A stretch of 64,000 nucleotides of DNA from positions 930,001-994,000 of the forward strand of contig OZ025795.1 in NCBI GenBank assembly GCA_964019425.1. Direction: 5' to 3'. Position 1 is the stretch's first letter; every line of letters begins with the position of its first letter. The notes below the pieces were generated by a model that saw only the letters and a program-made list of their open reading frames with translations, was not told where the DNA came from and searched no databases. Shown one piece after another: positions 39,159-53,600 of this stretch. A program made the position numbers and the translations under genes. This DNA comes from Flectonema sp. DT1601 (Eukaryota).

Positions 39159-41455
39159 AAAAGTTCAACAGGGTAACAGTTAGATCGCTACCAGCCAACT
39201 GTGAGAGAGAGAGACCGACGATTAGTGGAGCACTTTTATAATGAACATAAAAATAACTATGTTGTTATGCGAAGGTGGAAACTGAAAGGTCCAGATGGTG
39301 AATAAAAGCCAAACAAAAAAAGAAATCAGAGGTTTCAAACATCTGGAGAAGCTCACGGGTGAGACTCTCAGATGACTAAAAATAAATGATTTACCGCAAA
39401 GAAATAAAAAGAGTATCCCTAAAGCCTAACCAACAGTGATCCATATGTTTTTCTACTATTCCCACCAGTGAGGTAAGTCGAGGTAACGAGTTTTTTAAAA
39501 AATATATATATTAAAAAAAAAGAAGGAGAGGAAGCAACAAGTATGTTCTTATATTCCTACGTAGTCATAATATGAGATTATTTAAATATTGTCATTTGAG
39601 AAAAAATAAGATGGTGAAAACGTAGTTTCAGTATGCTCTTGGGACTTTTATTCCAAGTTTCATGTATTAAAGTCAATAATTCCTATGTAATGGAAGTTAC
39701 CAAAATATTATTTTATTCATTTGTTTGAGATTTTCGCTATTGGAGGGTCCAATAATTCCATTTTCGCTATTCAGTATGAGAGCCAAAAGTCAGGAAAAGC
39801 TCAACAGGGTAACAGTTATATCGCTACCAGCAACCGTGAGCCTCTCACAGACGATAAGAGACATAGAATAACCTGAAACAAATGACTACCTAAACCCACC
39901 TCCCACGCGAGCAGACTTAATTGGAGAGAACCAAAAAAAAAAAAAAAAAAAAAAAAAAAAGGTACATAAAGGAATTGAAGGTATGTATCTCATAATGTGC
40001 CTAATATGCCATAAAGAAAAAAAAAATAAAAATAAAAATAAAATTTAAAATTTAAAATAAAATTCCTGTAACTACGTTGCTATCGCTGCATTACAAAACA
40101 GAAAAGAATTGGCGTGGGGTAAATTAGATCAACCCAGCTTCAGAATAGCTGTAGTAATTATTTCGTTGGTGTAGGGGAAACAGAGTAAATTTATTTTCTT
40201 CTTCTTCATTCTCTTCATCTCTTTTCTACTATACTAAGGTGAAGACAATGACACGTATCAGTAATACATGAAAGTGGATTGATAGAAGTTTCCACCCTTC
40301 CATAATTCTCAAACATGGTGTAGGGATCAGAAACACGCAAAAATGCAAATACACTAAAAAAAAAAAAATTTTATCTTTTTCTTTCCCCTGCACAGTCAGA
40401 TGGGGAAAGATTAATATTGCAAAGGGAAAAGAAAACTCCTTCCACCCCCGTTTTAAAAAAAGCAACAGAAAGGCTGCTTAATATCCGTGGATAGAACGCA
40501 ATGGTTAACGAAACAAAAAACCACCAAAAGGAAGACGGATATTAGTAAGACATTTTTTTTTTTTTTTTTGTATTTTCAATTTTGTTTTTTTTTTGTTTCG
40601 TTTTTTCTTAAGACAGATAAACAAGTAGCAGTTGGTGTTGACCAGAAAGCACAAAACATCAAAAATAAAAAGAAAAAAAGCAAAACAAAATAATAATAAT
40701 GCACTGACTGCAGCGACACCGATATGAAATAGCTGTCTTAGCCAGTTGGCTACGTCCGGCACTGATGACTGTGGGGGATCTGGGAAACCCGCACCAGCAG
40801 AGGATCCAATCACAGAAATTGTCTTTTTTGTTGCTTCGGCTGGAAGGATCTACTACCTTACTCCGAGATTTGAACAAACAGGTTGAAAAAAAAAAAAGAG
40901 AGAAGAAAAAAAAAAAAAACGAATAAAGACAATATCTGTTAAGGATACAGCGAACCATAACTTAACTTGGCTTTTTTTTTTTTTTTTTTTTTTTTTTGAA
41001 AACCGCTGTTCAGGAGTGGCACGTGGTATTCGGCATCAACATAGGGGATTTATTAATAGCAGCTGAAAGGTATTATATTGACAGCCAGATTTGGCCGAAC
41101 CTTTAATTTAATTTTAGCTTTTGTTTCAAGTTGGCTTCATTTAATTACAAATATCAAATTATCTCTGAGTCGTTTTTTTTTTTTTTTTTGAAACGCAAAC
41201 AAATAAATTCTTGAGGGGGGAAATACGTCCATTATCCCCGCTAACTCATTTTGATCTGCTGAAGATTTCTTTGTTTTTAATCTGATCGACCGCAGTCGAA
41301 GAGACAGAAACTTCGATGGTTATTAAAATTATTTATAGCCTAGGGGTCCCGGAAAAGCTCGAGGTAACAGTTATATCGCTACCAGCAACCGTGAGACTCT
41401 CACATAGAATAACCTGACACAAATGACTACCTAAACCCACCGCCCGTGTGAGCAG
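39159..41455. repeat. Dispersed ~100-120 bp repeat, 3 copies (39159-39225, 39793-39914, 41351-41455)
   Basis: Shared core GGTAACAGTTA(T/G)ATCGCTACCAGC. Copies 2 and 3 also share ACATAGAATAACCTGA.ACAAATGACTACCTAAACCCACC...GAGCAG. Confidence 0.85.
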
Positions 41456-42615
41456 TGTCAGAGACGGCTGATAACGCCGATTTTCGTCAAGGTTCAAATT
41501 CATGATGATTTTTTTTTTTTTTTTTTGAATATCTGTAAATCTTTCTAATTTAACTGAGACACGAACATCTCTCTCATTCTCTCTCTCTTTTTAATAAATA
41601 ATGCATTTTTGACGTCTAAAAGAAAATGGTATTTAAAAAAAAAAAAAAAAAAAAAAAAAACTATTCAGATAAGCCTTATGTATTTTGTTGATCACAGACA
41701 GTATTACAGGAGACACAGGGGAAATAGATAACATTTTTTGACCATAATAAATAAACGGGCTCTCTCAAACTGAAAAAGAAAAACAAACAAACAAACAAAC
41801 ACAAGCGTTAGATTTCTCTTACCAAGAAATCACTCTCGTAGCACTACTTTTTCAAGATTAGGTTTTTTTTAGGAAACGAAGAAATACATCTTTTAAAAAA
41901 AAAAAAAAAAAAACATTCCTTACATACATAATATTATGATCAAGAGTAAGAAAACAAGGATGGGGAAGGGGATTTAATACTATACGAAAAGATCTATCTG
42001 GGAAGACTACTACAGGTCTTTGCACAAAAAATAAAAACAATAAAAGTAAGGATGAGGGGTGGGGGTGGGTAAGGGTACATCATCGGTCCCAAAGAAAACA
42101 TCTGAAATCTGTTTAGCGACTCTGAATTAAAGGGGGCAGAATTGTCACTTTACATTGTTGATGTGCCAGAAAAAAACAGGGTGAAATAATCCTAATTAAC
42201 TGCACAGGGTAGAAAGACCTCACGTAGCTTGATGTTCGGAAACCATAAATAACCCAACCAGTGGCGGGAAGAAATCCAGAAAAAGAAAAAAAGAATTGAC
42301 CTTACCGAGATAATTAAACTAAAAAAATGGTTCTTTTTTTTGTTTGTTTTTGTGCACGAAAACCGCTTACAACTACACTGCGAATGCTAAAGGGGACAAC
42401 GCATGCAGTGTACATCGTTTTTTTTTTTTTTTTTTTTTTCTATCTTACGGTAAACTTATAAATATTTAGTCGAGGATAAAAAAAAAAAAAATAAATTAAC
42501 TTGTGTCAGGGTCAACACGCAAAGAATCGCGTGCTACCAACCTGAGCACAGAGCAGAAAAGACTCGGGAAGGGGGGTAACTGTTTAATGAACTCACTTAC
42601 AGTGATATGAATACT

Positions 42616-42869
42616 TGTATCAAAGTTAGCTAATATAAACAATTAGTAATTTATGATACAGCTGACTAGAGGGTATGATGGATGAGGGTGAGAGGCAACA
42701 TACTTTGTCAGAAACATATCCCCCATGGGTACGTTCCAACGATACTACGTAAATACAAATAAACTATCAGAAAATTGAAATCAAATCAAAAAAAAAAAAG
42801 AAAGAAAAAAAACTGGATATAAAAAAAAGCGAAGTGCCTACTAATTAAAAGGGTCAGAAGAGTAATCAG

Positions 42870-42901
<32 letters not shown>

Positions 42902-43127
42902 TCAGCAACAGCGATTCTCATCAACGACTAGCGAACAGAGAACAGCTCAAACCTGAATCCAAAAGGAATAGTAGTTGTGGTTCACGGGGGTCACGAAAGA
43001 AAGAAAGAAAAAGAGTGGGGGGAAAAAAGTTAATATTGTTTGATTATATTTATAAAGACATAAATACGTATTGTATCAAAATTAACTAATATCAACGATT
43101 AGTAATAAATGACAGTGACTAAAGGTA
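42616..43127. repeat. Duplicated ~60 bp hairpin element (42616-42675, 43072-43127)
   Basis: TGTATCAAAGTTAGCTAATATAAACAATTAGTAATTTATGATACA versus TGTATCAAAATTAACTAATATCAACGATTAGTAATAAATGACA; both are followed by TGACTA.AGG. Confidence 0.7.
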
Positions 43128-43649
43128 TTGCTCGTATAGGTGAGCTGATCAATGCCATGCAAACATCTCTTATTCCGTATTGTCATTCAGTACAGTACGG
43201 AATCGCGGTGACAATGAATCAGTTTTTAATATTGCTTGTGAAGGAAAAAATAAAGAAAAGAAAATAACGAATTTGTTGATTAGAAGAAACGTATCCACAA
43301 ATACGATTTTTTTTTTTTTTTTTTTGAACGAGAAAAGAAAGGGGAAACAAAAAAATAACGAATCCCCCGTGACAGTTGTTTTGCACGCAAGCAGATTTGT
43401 CTGGGGGGCTGCAAAAATAGAAAAAAGTTCCAACCACCAGACAAATCGACGACTCACTGAGAGTGTTTTCAAAAACGACATTAAACGCGTTGGCTCAAAA
43501 AAGAAAAGAAAAGAAAAGGGAAAACCCATCCGTGTAGGGTACCGAAAGCAGGGCCAACCTGCTTCAGTAACATAGTAACCTGATTACCGCTAGGGACCAT
43601 TCACTATTTCTTCAAGTGAATGTCTCTATAATGGGAATGGGACACCTAC

Positions 43650-44376
43650 CTACACACTTAACATGTCATTGCAGTTTGGACACATGATGACTCCCTGTTT
43701 TGAGTTAGTTTATAATGTCTTCATCAGGTGATGATAATAATTCTATAAAAGTATATTCACACACCTCACCAACACGAGCTGTGAATCGTTTAATACAGAA
43801 ACAGCATTCAAAAATTTGTTCTCCTCGTGCTCGAAGTCGATGTGCATAACCCTCACTCTCGTCGACGTCTTTTTCAAGCTTCGGGATTTGATCAGCCTTT
43901 ATCGAGTCAGCAGCAGTAGGAACTGGTGGCTGTGGTCGCGGCTGCGGCTGAGGTTGAGGCTGCGGCTGAGGCTGAGACTGCGGCCGTGGCTTAGCTTCCT
44001 CCTTTGGAGCCGGCAGAATTGGGGTCTGAGTGATAATCGGAAATCTTGCTGGAGGTTGAATTGCAGCAGGTTGTTGTAATTGTTGTTTTATAGTTTGAGT
44101 CTGGTACTGTATAGGCTGAGGTGGGATTATATGCTGCATCTGTTGAACACCAGGAAGAGGATGTTGTAATTGCTGCAACTGCTGTTGAACTTGCCCACCT
44201 TGTTGAGTGATGTACGGAATTCCACTCTGAGCAACTCCTTGAGGAATCTGTAGAGGCTGCGTATGTTGTAATAACTGCCCCTGTTGCATTGCAATCATAT
44301 TTTGCAGAGTTGGTCCCGTAGCTGGCTGGAAATGCCCTCCGCCAGCAACCAAAGGCATCGACTGCATAGTATTCAT
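43650..44376 (-). CDS. Gln/Pro-rich protein with a C-terminal CxxC...CxxC zinc ribbon, 2 exons (44376-43765, 43694-43650)
   Basis: MNTMQSMP... Q/P-rich; the spliced end reads FECCFCIKRFTARVGE/GVIMCPNCNDMLSV*. Acceptor TTTTCTTTAG lies just upstream of the ATG. Confidence 0.8.
43695..43764 (-). other. Intron, 70 nt
   Basis: GTGTGT...AAACTAACTCAAAACAG with a CTAAC branch-like motif; splicing completes the zinc ribbon. Confidence 0.8.
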
Positions 44377-44690
44377 TAAGGGGAGTTTTTCTAAAGAAAA
44401 AATAATAATTAAACCACAATTCACATGAAAATGATTTCTTCTATATCGTCTCCGAGAAGTGTTGCATAGCAATATTAAAACTTCCTTTTCGTAACGAACA
44501 GGTAGTCAAAATCAGTTTTGAATAAAAAGAATTCAAATAAATAAAAATAACAAAACCCGACAAAAAACATTTTTTTTTTTTTTTTTTACAATTTGAAAAA
44601 ATTGTTAATTCTTTTTTTTTTTTTTTTTTTTTTTAAATGTTAAATCTAACACGTATTAATAACCAAAGTGTAAATTTAAAAAGAAAACAG

Positions 44691-47600
44691 CTATTCAGTA
44701 ATTGAAGCGAACAGAAACGGATTACCAACCGTTAATTCCCTCCTAAGACTATCTTCACGATACGAAGAGGGGAACTCCAGAGTAATGCAATGTTTAGGTT
44801 TCGATTTAATACCAGCGAGTGCAGAATAAGAAACTGCAGACAACACCAATGGAATTTCTAAAGTAAAAGTACTCGCCTGGCATATGACAGAGTCTGATAA
44901 AATAAATATGTCAAGAGAAGGGGAGATATCATTACTTGATGATGGTAGTGCAATTGTTCCAGCATCCCAACTCGCAGATCCAAGCTGGACACCCATCAGT
45001 GATATCACTCCACTTTCTTCTATGTCAGTAACATTATCGGCCAAAGCACCAACATACCCACTTAGTCTGCATGTGAATGCTGCAACAACTGCTTGTGGAT
45101 TTGTGAAAGCTGGCAGCCATATGTACCTTCTCCGATCTACAGGTGTCATGTCTGCAAGTGATTGAAAATAACAACTTCTTTTATACAACACCTGTATAGC
45201 ACATCTGAGAGGTGCACCTTTGTAAGCCATGGGTTCAAAATGAGTTGGCAACGCTTCTAAGAAACCCTCAGGTACGGACCTCATATGTGCAGTTGTCTGC
45301 ATTTGATCCGACTCGTTGTATTCTCTAGCTTTCCTTAAGGCTCGCATTATTTTATTTATCTGCTTGTTGTGAACTTCAATCTCATTTTCAATAATTACGA
45401 TTTCCTTTCCACTCTTCTGAACAACTTCTGGTACGTCAGTTGTGAGCATCTCCGTGGACTTGGAAGTGCTTGCCGCTGGTTTAACCCGGACAGTGTATGA
45501 AGTTATGTCAAGTTCAGCTTCGTGAACAACTTCATCATCAGACTTATGATGATCGGAATCGCGATTACAAATATTATTAATTAAAACATTTGATTTATGA
45601 TTGTGTTGATATTTGATTACCCCAATAGGAAGACCATATAACTGTGAAGTGAACTCCGATGACTTCGGAAACGACATCGCGTATCGAAAATGTTCTGCTC
45701 GATCATTACACTGCGGAACAGCAAATTCCGGATATGACGACGACGTTTGAAGATCCAATAAATAAATAAATAATTGTGACAACCTATCACCTTCCAACTC
45801 TGTTAAACAAGAACCATAAATAATATCTTGCAACACGTGTGAAACAACCCAAAGATCCTGATCTGCCTTACTATTGGATTGATAATTTGTTTGCAACAAT
45901 GTTACCAACGATGCCAACTCTGAAGAAACCCATGCTGGCTGCTCTTCAAACTGATACACAACGTTAGACAGTTCTCGTCTGTATAACAACACAGCATGAA
46001 AGACTGTACATACTCGTAGTAACTTTACATACACAGATCGATTTTTCTTTTCTGTAACAGCTCTACTCTGTGAAGCACTACTAATCTCCATTGAGATACC
46101 CGTCGTGGACTGAACAGAGTAGCGTGTTGGGTCCAGAGGACCAAATTCGAATGCAGATCGGAGATGAGCTCTGATAGAAGCTGGTTCTTCAATAATTATT
46201 TTATAACTCGTTGATACGAGTGATTGAGGAAGAGTTGGTGGACATCCGTTACTCAAATCAAGAAATATACGAAATCTCTCATCAGTTTTATTACCGTGAC
46301 CATGAACTCTCAAATCATACAAACTTCTTAACAAAACACTAAATTCACATTCTGTATAATTACAACAGTTCTGTAGTAGTAGCCAAGTGCCTTCCATGTC
46401 TGATGTCGATTCAGAACCTTTTGAATACTTTTTTATTTTATTAGAAATACCATTCACATCATTTTCTCTTGGTACCAAAACAACTGCACAACCCCCTAAA
46501 TATGCAGCCATTCGTTCAAGTGTATGTACCACTCCACTGGAATTATCAGTTGGGGTTACCGACGTTAAGAGAATTGGTACAAAGGAAGCACCTCCTTTCG
46601 GAAATAATAATTCTTTAAGTGATTGCATTGTTTGAAGTTCTGATGAAAGACCAGAACGTGACTCAGATGTTGTTCGATTTGATGGTAGTTTTCCTTTTAG
46701 AGGAAAGACGCTTTGAAAACGAGTTGAAATCCCTCCAATTGATTTTCGAAAAGTTGAATCCCCGTCTTTCAGAGGAAGGGTGTGAATACGTACACTAGAT
46801 TCTCCCATTTTTTGACTAACACTCAGTGAACGAACGTCTGATCCAACTTCTGATATTTTTATTTCTTGTTCTACGTCACTGCCATCGCTGACTAAACCAC
46901 TTTCAACTTCTTGAAACTTTTGAATGTCAGAACTCCGTAAAACTTTACTCGGTTGAGTAACTTCACCCATAGAGAAGTGTGGATTGTCATCAACGTATAT
47001 CTGAATAGCTTCCTCTAAAAGATCAGGTCTAACGTTTTTTATCAAAATAATGATTTGAAACAAACTGAGTGACATGGGAATTGAAAGTGACCGACACAAG
47101 TCCTCATGATAAACATCTGAATCGGTATTGAAAAATGAATCCCATGATTCTGGTGAGGTTCTCATTTTATTTTGGAGATCACTGAGGCTGGGACACCTAT
47201 CAATGCATTCATTAGACAGTAAGCAGACGGAGTTCCATTGTTGAGGTGTCGCTGATAAGATTAGTGGTGGTTTTTGTGATACATCGTCACTGAACGTGGT
47301 AGTGAATAAATTTAATTCATCTGCTTGAACACTCCCCGCATCAATATCAGCTTGAACCACGACGAAGAATAAAAATGAAAGTCGATGACCATTTAGTACG
47401 GACAAACCACATCCAATTGTCGAGAATAAGACTTTATAAATCGCTTCTTTATAGAATGCTTTCTCACTCTCCCATGAAGCTTGTAACGAAGCTGATAATG
47501 ATCCTCTGGTGCTTAGGATTGCGGCCGAGTCTATGCGATTGAAATCTGATCCTTGAACAGTGCCTATCTGTGATTCCCTTTTTATGATGGAAGAGTCAAC

Positions 47601-50600
47601 TTGCATAGAACCAGATTTCGGAAGCATTTGCTGCAAATGTAAGTTTCCAGCCATATTAAATGACGGCCTCAATGATAAAAGTTGTGAACTTGAATCAGAT
47701 TTCGACATCTCTGCTTTTCTTTGATTGTGAATTCTACCCAACTCACGTAAACCAATATCCTTTAAAAAACTGTACCCCGTCACATACAGTGGGATGTTGA
47801 CAGACAGTTTTCTTAATGACATCTGGACGTTGTTTATAACATGTGATATTGGTAGGCATTTCCTTTTCAAAGATAATTCGCAATCATCAAGTGAATTCTG
47901 TAGTGTTGATAATCTCTCTTTGCAAGTAGCAGACTCCAAGACGAGGTCAATTATTTCAGTTATTAAATCAATCTCATCGAGGATGGTCTCCCTGTCTGTA
48001 GAGGATGAACCGTCACTTGGAATCCAACCAATCCCTGGTGAAGATAGACTTGACTGATACAACAAATTAACAATTTGTAGCTCAATTTTACTATGTTCTG
48101 CTACACTATTATGCATCGCTGTTAGCATCGTACTGTAACCGTCAATTCTGCAATCGATGTGAGGACTGATGTCAAGTGCAGCACGTAATTCTTTATCCTG
48201 ACCTGACAATTCCAATACAACTTTTGTGGTAGCTTCCAAAAACCACGTTGGTAATGAGCTGTACCAGTCAACACCAGTTGATGTTGTGTGAGGTACATTT
48301 CGTGTAAGGAACAGTCTGAATCCAGGTTTTGGTTCTACAGGTGCATCATTTAGTAACACGTGAGAACGACCATTCTCAATAAGAATGTAAGGGAGAATAT
48401 CAATTGAAATTGATTCCGAAAAGATTTCATAAACGACGATAGGACTTCGTTCTCCTCTAGTCATGGCATGTTTCAGTTTAGTGAAGGCGTTCTGATCGAA
48501 ATCTTGAATTACAATAACCTCATTTCCTGCATAAATATATTGCAACCAAGACAAGAAAAGTCCACCATGGAATTCAACAACAACCGGACACAGAGTATTT
48601 TTCAAAACCAAATATTCAAACTCAGCAGTTGCCTTACTATACGGTAAGGGTGATCCATGACGTTTACAGTTTTCTTTATGTCCGAAAGCTAACAATATAC
48701 TTGAGGTTAATAGATCATCAGACTCGCTGTTCAATGATGTAACAGGAAAATGTTCTTTAACCGTTTCTATAATATTGTGTTCGTATCTTCTTCGAGAAGA
48801 GTCAGTGCATGGGAAGTAAGTCATTAGTGTTGCAGCTGAAAGACAGTTTCCTGAAAGATTTTTAAGATCGTGTGACATTTTATTGTATTCTTCATTCCAA
48901 AGTACCAAATAATCTTCTAAGTGTTCGCATAGAGACGATGCGTTTTCGGTTCTTTTCAAACACGTTTCTCTTTGTGATTTTATCTGATCATGTTTAGTGT
49001 TTATTAAAGTTAACTTTCTGTGAGTTGCTTCAATTTCTCTACGAAGAGACACTGCTACGTCTCTTTTGCTTTCCATCGTCTCAATCACCTCTCTGATTGT
49101 AGCATCGTCCTGCAACAATATTTGTTGTTTTGGAATGACTACCTGCATCGTTTTTAGATACTGGTGAAGCTTTAAGACGTAGTCGCATAATTTTTCTGCT
49201 GCTGGGGAGATTGCTTTAAGTTTTGCAGGTCTAAATGCTGCTAATGATGTGCAATCAGATATGTAGTCGACTGTTTTAGTTGATAATCTGTCGGCATTAA
49301 CATTCATCAGTCTTTTTATGAATATCGGGTCATCCAAAACTCGTTGAGCTGCTGCCCATCCAGCATCAGTCCCTCCTCTTGATGTTCGTTCTATCTTCTC
49401 TCCGAGGATTACACACAAACATTCTACTACTTTCTTCAATGCTGCTGCTGGGGTGCTTAGGAATTTTATAGCAGCGATGTGTTTTTCATCTATCAATAGT
49501 AGATCTTGTTTTGCTTTCTGTAATGCAGGAACAGCAATGATAAGCAACGACTCACATTCAGATTTCATAAGTGTGTGTTGCTCAACTTGATTGAGACATG
49601 ATACTTCAAGTTCCTCAAAGTCAGCTTGTCTACTTTTTTCCAACTCAGTTTTACCATCAATCACCGAACGTAACTTATTCCCTTCAGCTTCCGTGTCTAA
49701 GAGCTGTGGTTCAAGAGAGCGTGCATCCCTGCTGTATTTTTCTCCTTGAAACTCAGCAGCCTGAAGTAGTAATAAGATGCTCTTAGTTCTCTTATGTTCA
49801 TGCTGCAGTTCTTTATTTCTATCTGAGTAAAGTCTACAGTATGTGCAAACATACTGTCTGAATGATCTTGGTACCGCTTGAAGACCGATGTCAGTTGTGT
49901 CACTTTTCTGAATCTCAACTATGAGATTGTAGCAAGAAGCGAGAGCAGTCGCTACTGTTGAAAACTCCTTATCAGTGAAGTCGTTTAGTAATTCTCCTTT
50001 CATAGTGTGGGTAGCTAACTCTTCAAGGTTTTCAAAACTACTCTTTTGAATAGAATAGATCACAGTTAGTAAATTAATACTTGGAAACTCCCTTCTCCAA
50101 CGAGACAAACTATCAGTGCGATCCTCACACACCAGAACGAATCGTAAATTATTTGTTATCTTTTCAGCAGCGTATGTCAGAAGCTCTCCTGAAGCCTCTT
50201 CAAGGAGTGAATTGTGGATTAAGGACCCAGCCTCGTTGCTTATAATTCCGGATATGTTTATGCCTGTTGGTGTTGTTGTTGCTGAAGAATTGATGCAAAA
50301 AGACGTTAATACTTTAAGATACAAACCTGAACCACTCCTACTACCAGAAATAATACAACACAAGTCGGCAATACAACTCTCTGTTAAACAAGACTCGCTA
50401 ACAACCCAAAGGATGTGTTGAAGAGTTATTGATGGCGGCTCTGATCCCTCAGTCGTGGTAGGAGCTTTCGTTGTTGTTCCCAAGAGAGAAGGAAACGGAA
50501 CTGCACCATCTGTTGGTGTTGCTTGAGGAAGTTCACGAGGTTTTTCAATCTTCGCCGACTGAGGTGAAGGTTTTTTTTTTTGAACAGCCGCGGCTTTGAT

Positions 50601-53600
50601 CACCGCAGTCAGCTGTGCTTTCCAGTTGCTCTTACCCATAGCACTTAGTATTTGACAATCCATATTTAAGATGTATGCGGCAAATGTTATCAATTCCATT
50701 ACACACGATCCTTGATCTGAAATTATCATCGCATGTGATCTTGGCTGTCTAAGGGCACGCACTACAGAATTTAGTATTCTTGCCCAACACTGATCAATGT
50801 AGAATGACTTTTTTGAAGGCAATATAACAAAATCAACTTTAGCTGTTTTACGGATTTTGTCAACAGCCGAGGGAACAGCTGATTTCACTAGTCCTGCGAT
50901 GCATTTTTTAACACCTTTTGGTCGACTTTCAGTTGATAAAGCTCTTTGATGAGAGTATTCAATAAACTGATCAGATTTAGCCTGAGCTATCTTTGTAAGC
51001 TCTTCAGGTGTTACTTGATAAGAAGTGGTGTCGAGACCGAAACCTTCTCGAGTTGTAAAATCGATATTTCCTATTGAAGAAAACGATAATTCACTTGGTT
51101 TCGCAACGCTATCTGAAAACTGAATTCGCATAACCTTACCCATGATATTTAGTATTGCTTTATCTAACCAAACTACGTCAGATGGATCTCCCAGTCGTGA
51201 CCCTAGTGATCGTTGTATTTCATAAGCTAGTAGTGATAGCAGGGTGTGTTTTTTTGAAAATTTTGATCTCGAGTGTGAAACAATAACACTAACTATGTTC
51301 ATCATGTCTTGGGTATGCCAAAAGTACAATCCCTTCTTTGGAACACATCCTTTGAATTTTTCTTTCAAAATCGAATATGTGGAAACAATAATCTCAGACA
51401 GCTGTTGAGAAAGTGCCCCTCCAAACTTTCCAATCCAATTTGAAATGGGAGTGCTCACCAGAGATATGTGAAAAGATGAACTGAGAGAATCATAGAGATG
51501 TAATGGAAAGAAGTTTCCAGTCACTCTACGACTTTGACAATTCACATCCTGTGATATGAGTAAGGCCACGTCTGCTAATTTCACTGGGTCTGCAGAATGA
51601 ACATGAAAGAATGATCCATACTTAACAAGAGCAACCATCATTTCTGATACCTCACTGTGTTGACCAAGACCTGGCTTATGAACGTCATCGACTACGAGTA
51701 GGCATTGTTTACCAAGTGGTGGTCCAATTACACCTTGTCTTCTTTTTGACATTCGAAGTTCAATGTGTTGTTGAAACCTTGTACCCGTACACTTATCATA
51801 CATACTTGTGTGGATTACAAGGTTGGTCTTTGCAGCTCGTGCTGTTTTGATTTGTTGTTTTTTTTTAGTGGGGAAGAAAAAAATAAAATAAAATGAACAC
51901 AAACCTGCAAGAAGCTGCAACAGTCTACTCTTCCCAGTTCCAACACCACCAATAATTGCGCATTGAACTGACTGAGCTGGTACAGATGATGAAATTTGTT
52001 CAGGCTGTAAGTTAGGAGACTGAGGTGAATTAACAGCCGCACTCGCAGGAGGTTTGTCAGCCAACGCTAGAGTATTTCTATTTAAGATTTCAAATAGATA
52101 AGCGCATCTAATAATTTCAGGTGACGGATGATAAAAAGTGTCAATTACACTCACTCCAGTGTAAGTTAACCTTAAAGCATCATCTAATGCATGATCAGTT
52201 AGGTTTAACCACTTACCTTCGAAAGGATAGCATTCAAGTGGTGATAAGTCGAGTGGTAGTACTCTAGTGGTCGCCGCTAATAATGAACTCCAAACAGGGA
52301 TACAACTAATTATTTTATCAGTATATATTTGATATGATTTTTCAGGTATCCCAAGGCTGAATACTACTGTTGCAGAATGAATAAGCGGAACGTCAACTAA
52401 GCAACGCTGAGCATCCTCATCAGGACAGGCTACCTCTTGACCAACGATAGCTAAATACAATAATGCTACCCTCTGACATTTCACTAATATAGAAGGCGCG
52501 GCATCCATGTAATTCCTCGAAATTGTTTTCGAACAAAATTCTTCCAACTGCGGAATCACAATCTCTGCCAAGCGATAAAGTTGCAATAAACAACTTTCAC
52601 TTAAAACAGTCGGTCTTGAATACGTATGAGTACCTGAAGCAATGCCTTGTTCAATAGTTTTTTTAAACACTAATCTCCAGTCAAGGACATTGCTAATGAA
52701 TGCGAAGCCTGCCTTGCTGATGATGCCTGTTTGGTTTAATTGGATTCACTTTAAAAATAGAACATAATTATCATAACAGAAATATGACATACCGGGATCT
52801 GCATGCGACAGTGTCTCAGTTTCAAGGATGATTTTTCCCTGCGTAGATAGGGAGATGCGCTCACCGCTATTACAACAATAGACGTCATCACTTAGGAGTG
52901 TTGTTAGTCTCCCACCCATCCAAGAAAAGTCTAGTGAACAGCAATCTAGAACTATCCATGCTGGAGTCGATGGACGTATTTTACTCAGAATTCTTGGGAT
53001 CACACCTTCCTCCCAACGTCCGTCAGTACTATTTAACTTACCACATAAAGATGATATCGACATTGTACCAGGGACTACAGGTATCAACATGGGTTGAGAT
53101 TGAGTTGGGTAGCAAGAAGCTATGGCACTTATTAAAGATGTTTTTCCACAACCAACCTCACCACACACAACTGTAATATTATGAAGAGACTGCTGGTGGG
53201 CTAAACTCGTGATCGCAGCAATTACAGTTTCCGATACATAAAAAAACGGAATTTTTGAAACATTTTTCAAATTGGGCAGCATCTCTGAAGGAACAGTTGA
53301 TTTTGAATGGTGTGTGACAGCAGTATCAAACACCTCTCCTAAAAGACTGTCAAATTTATCTACATCACTGTCACAGATGTAGCTCCTTAATACAAATTGA
53401 ATCGAAGTTGTTACCCACCTCGTCTCAGTATACAATGCAGTGCCTAAGTCATCCTGAGCATTCAGTGATGTATATTTTTGGTTTGAAAGTGCAGAAATAC
53501 TTTTATTAATTCGCTTACATAATATTAATGTTTCAGGAATGTTGAATATCGAGTTCGCTAGTGTTAAAAATAATAATCCTTTTCTTGCTAGTGATTCTGA

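Noticed and set aside
9000..43600. Dozens of 60-170 aa ORFs rich in poly-K or poly-F
   Set aside because: They are translations of A/T homopolymer tracts and show no domain motifs.
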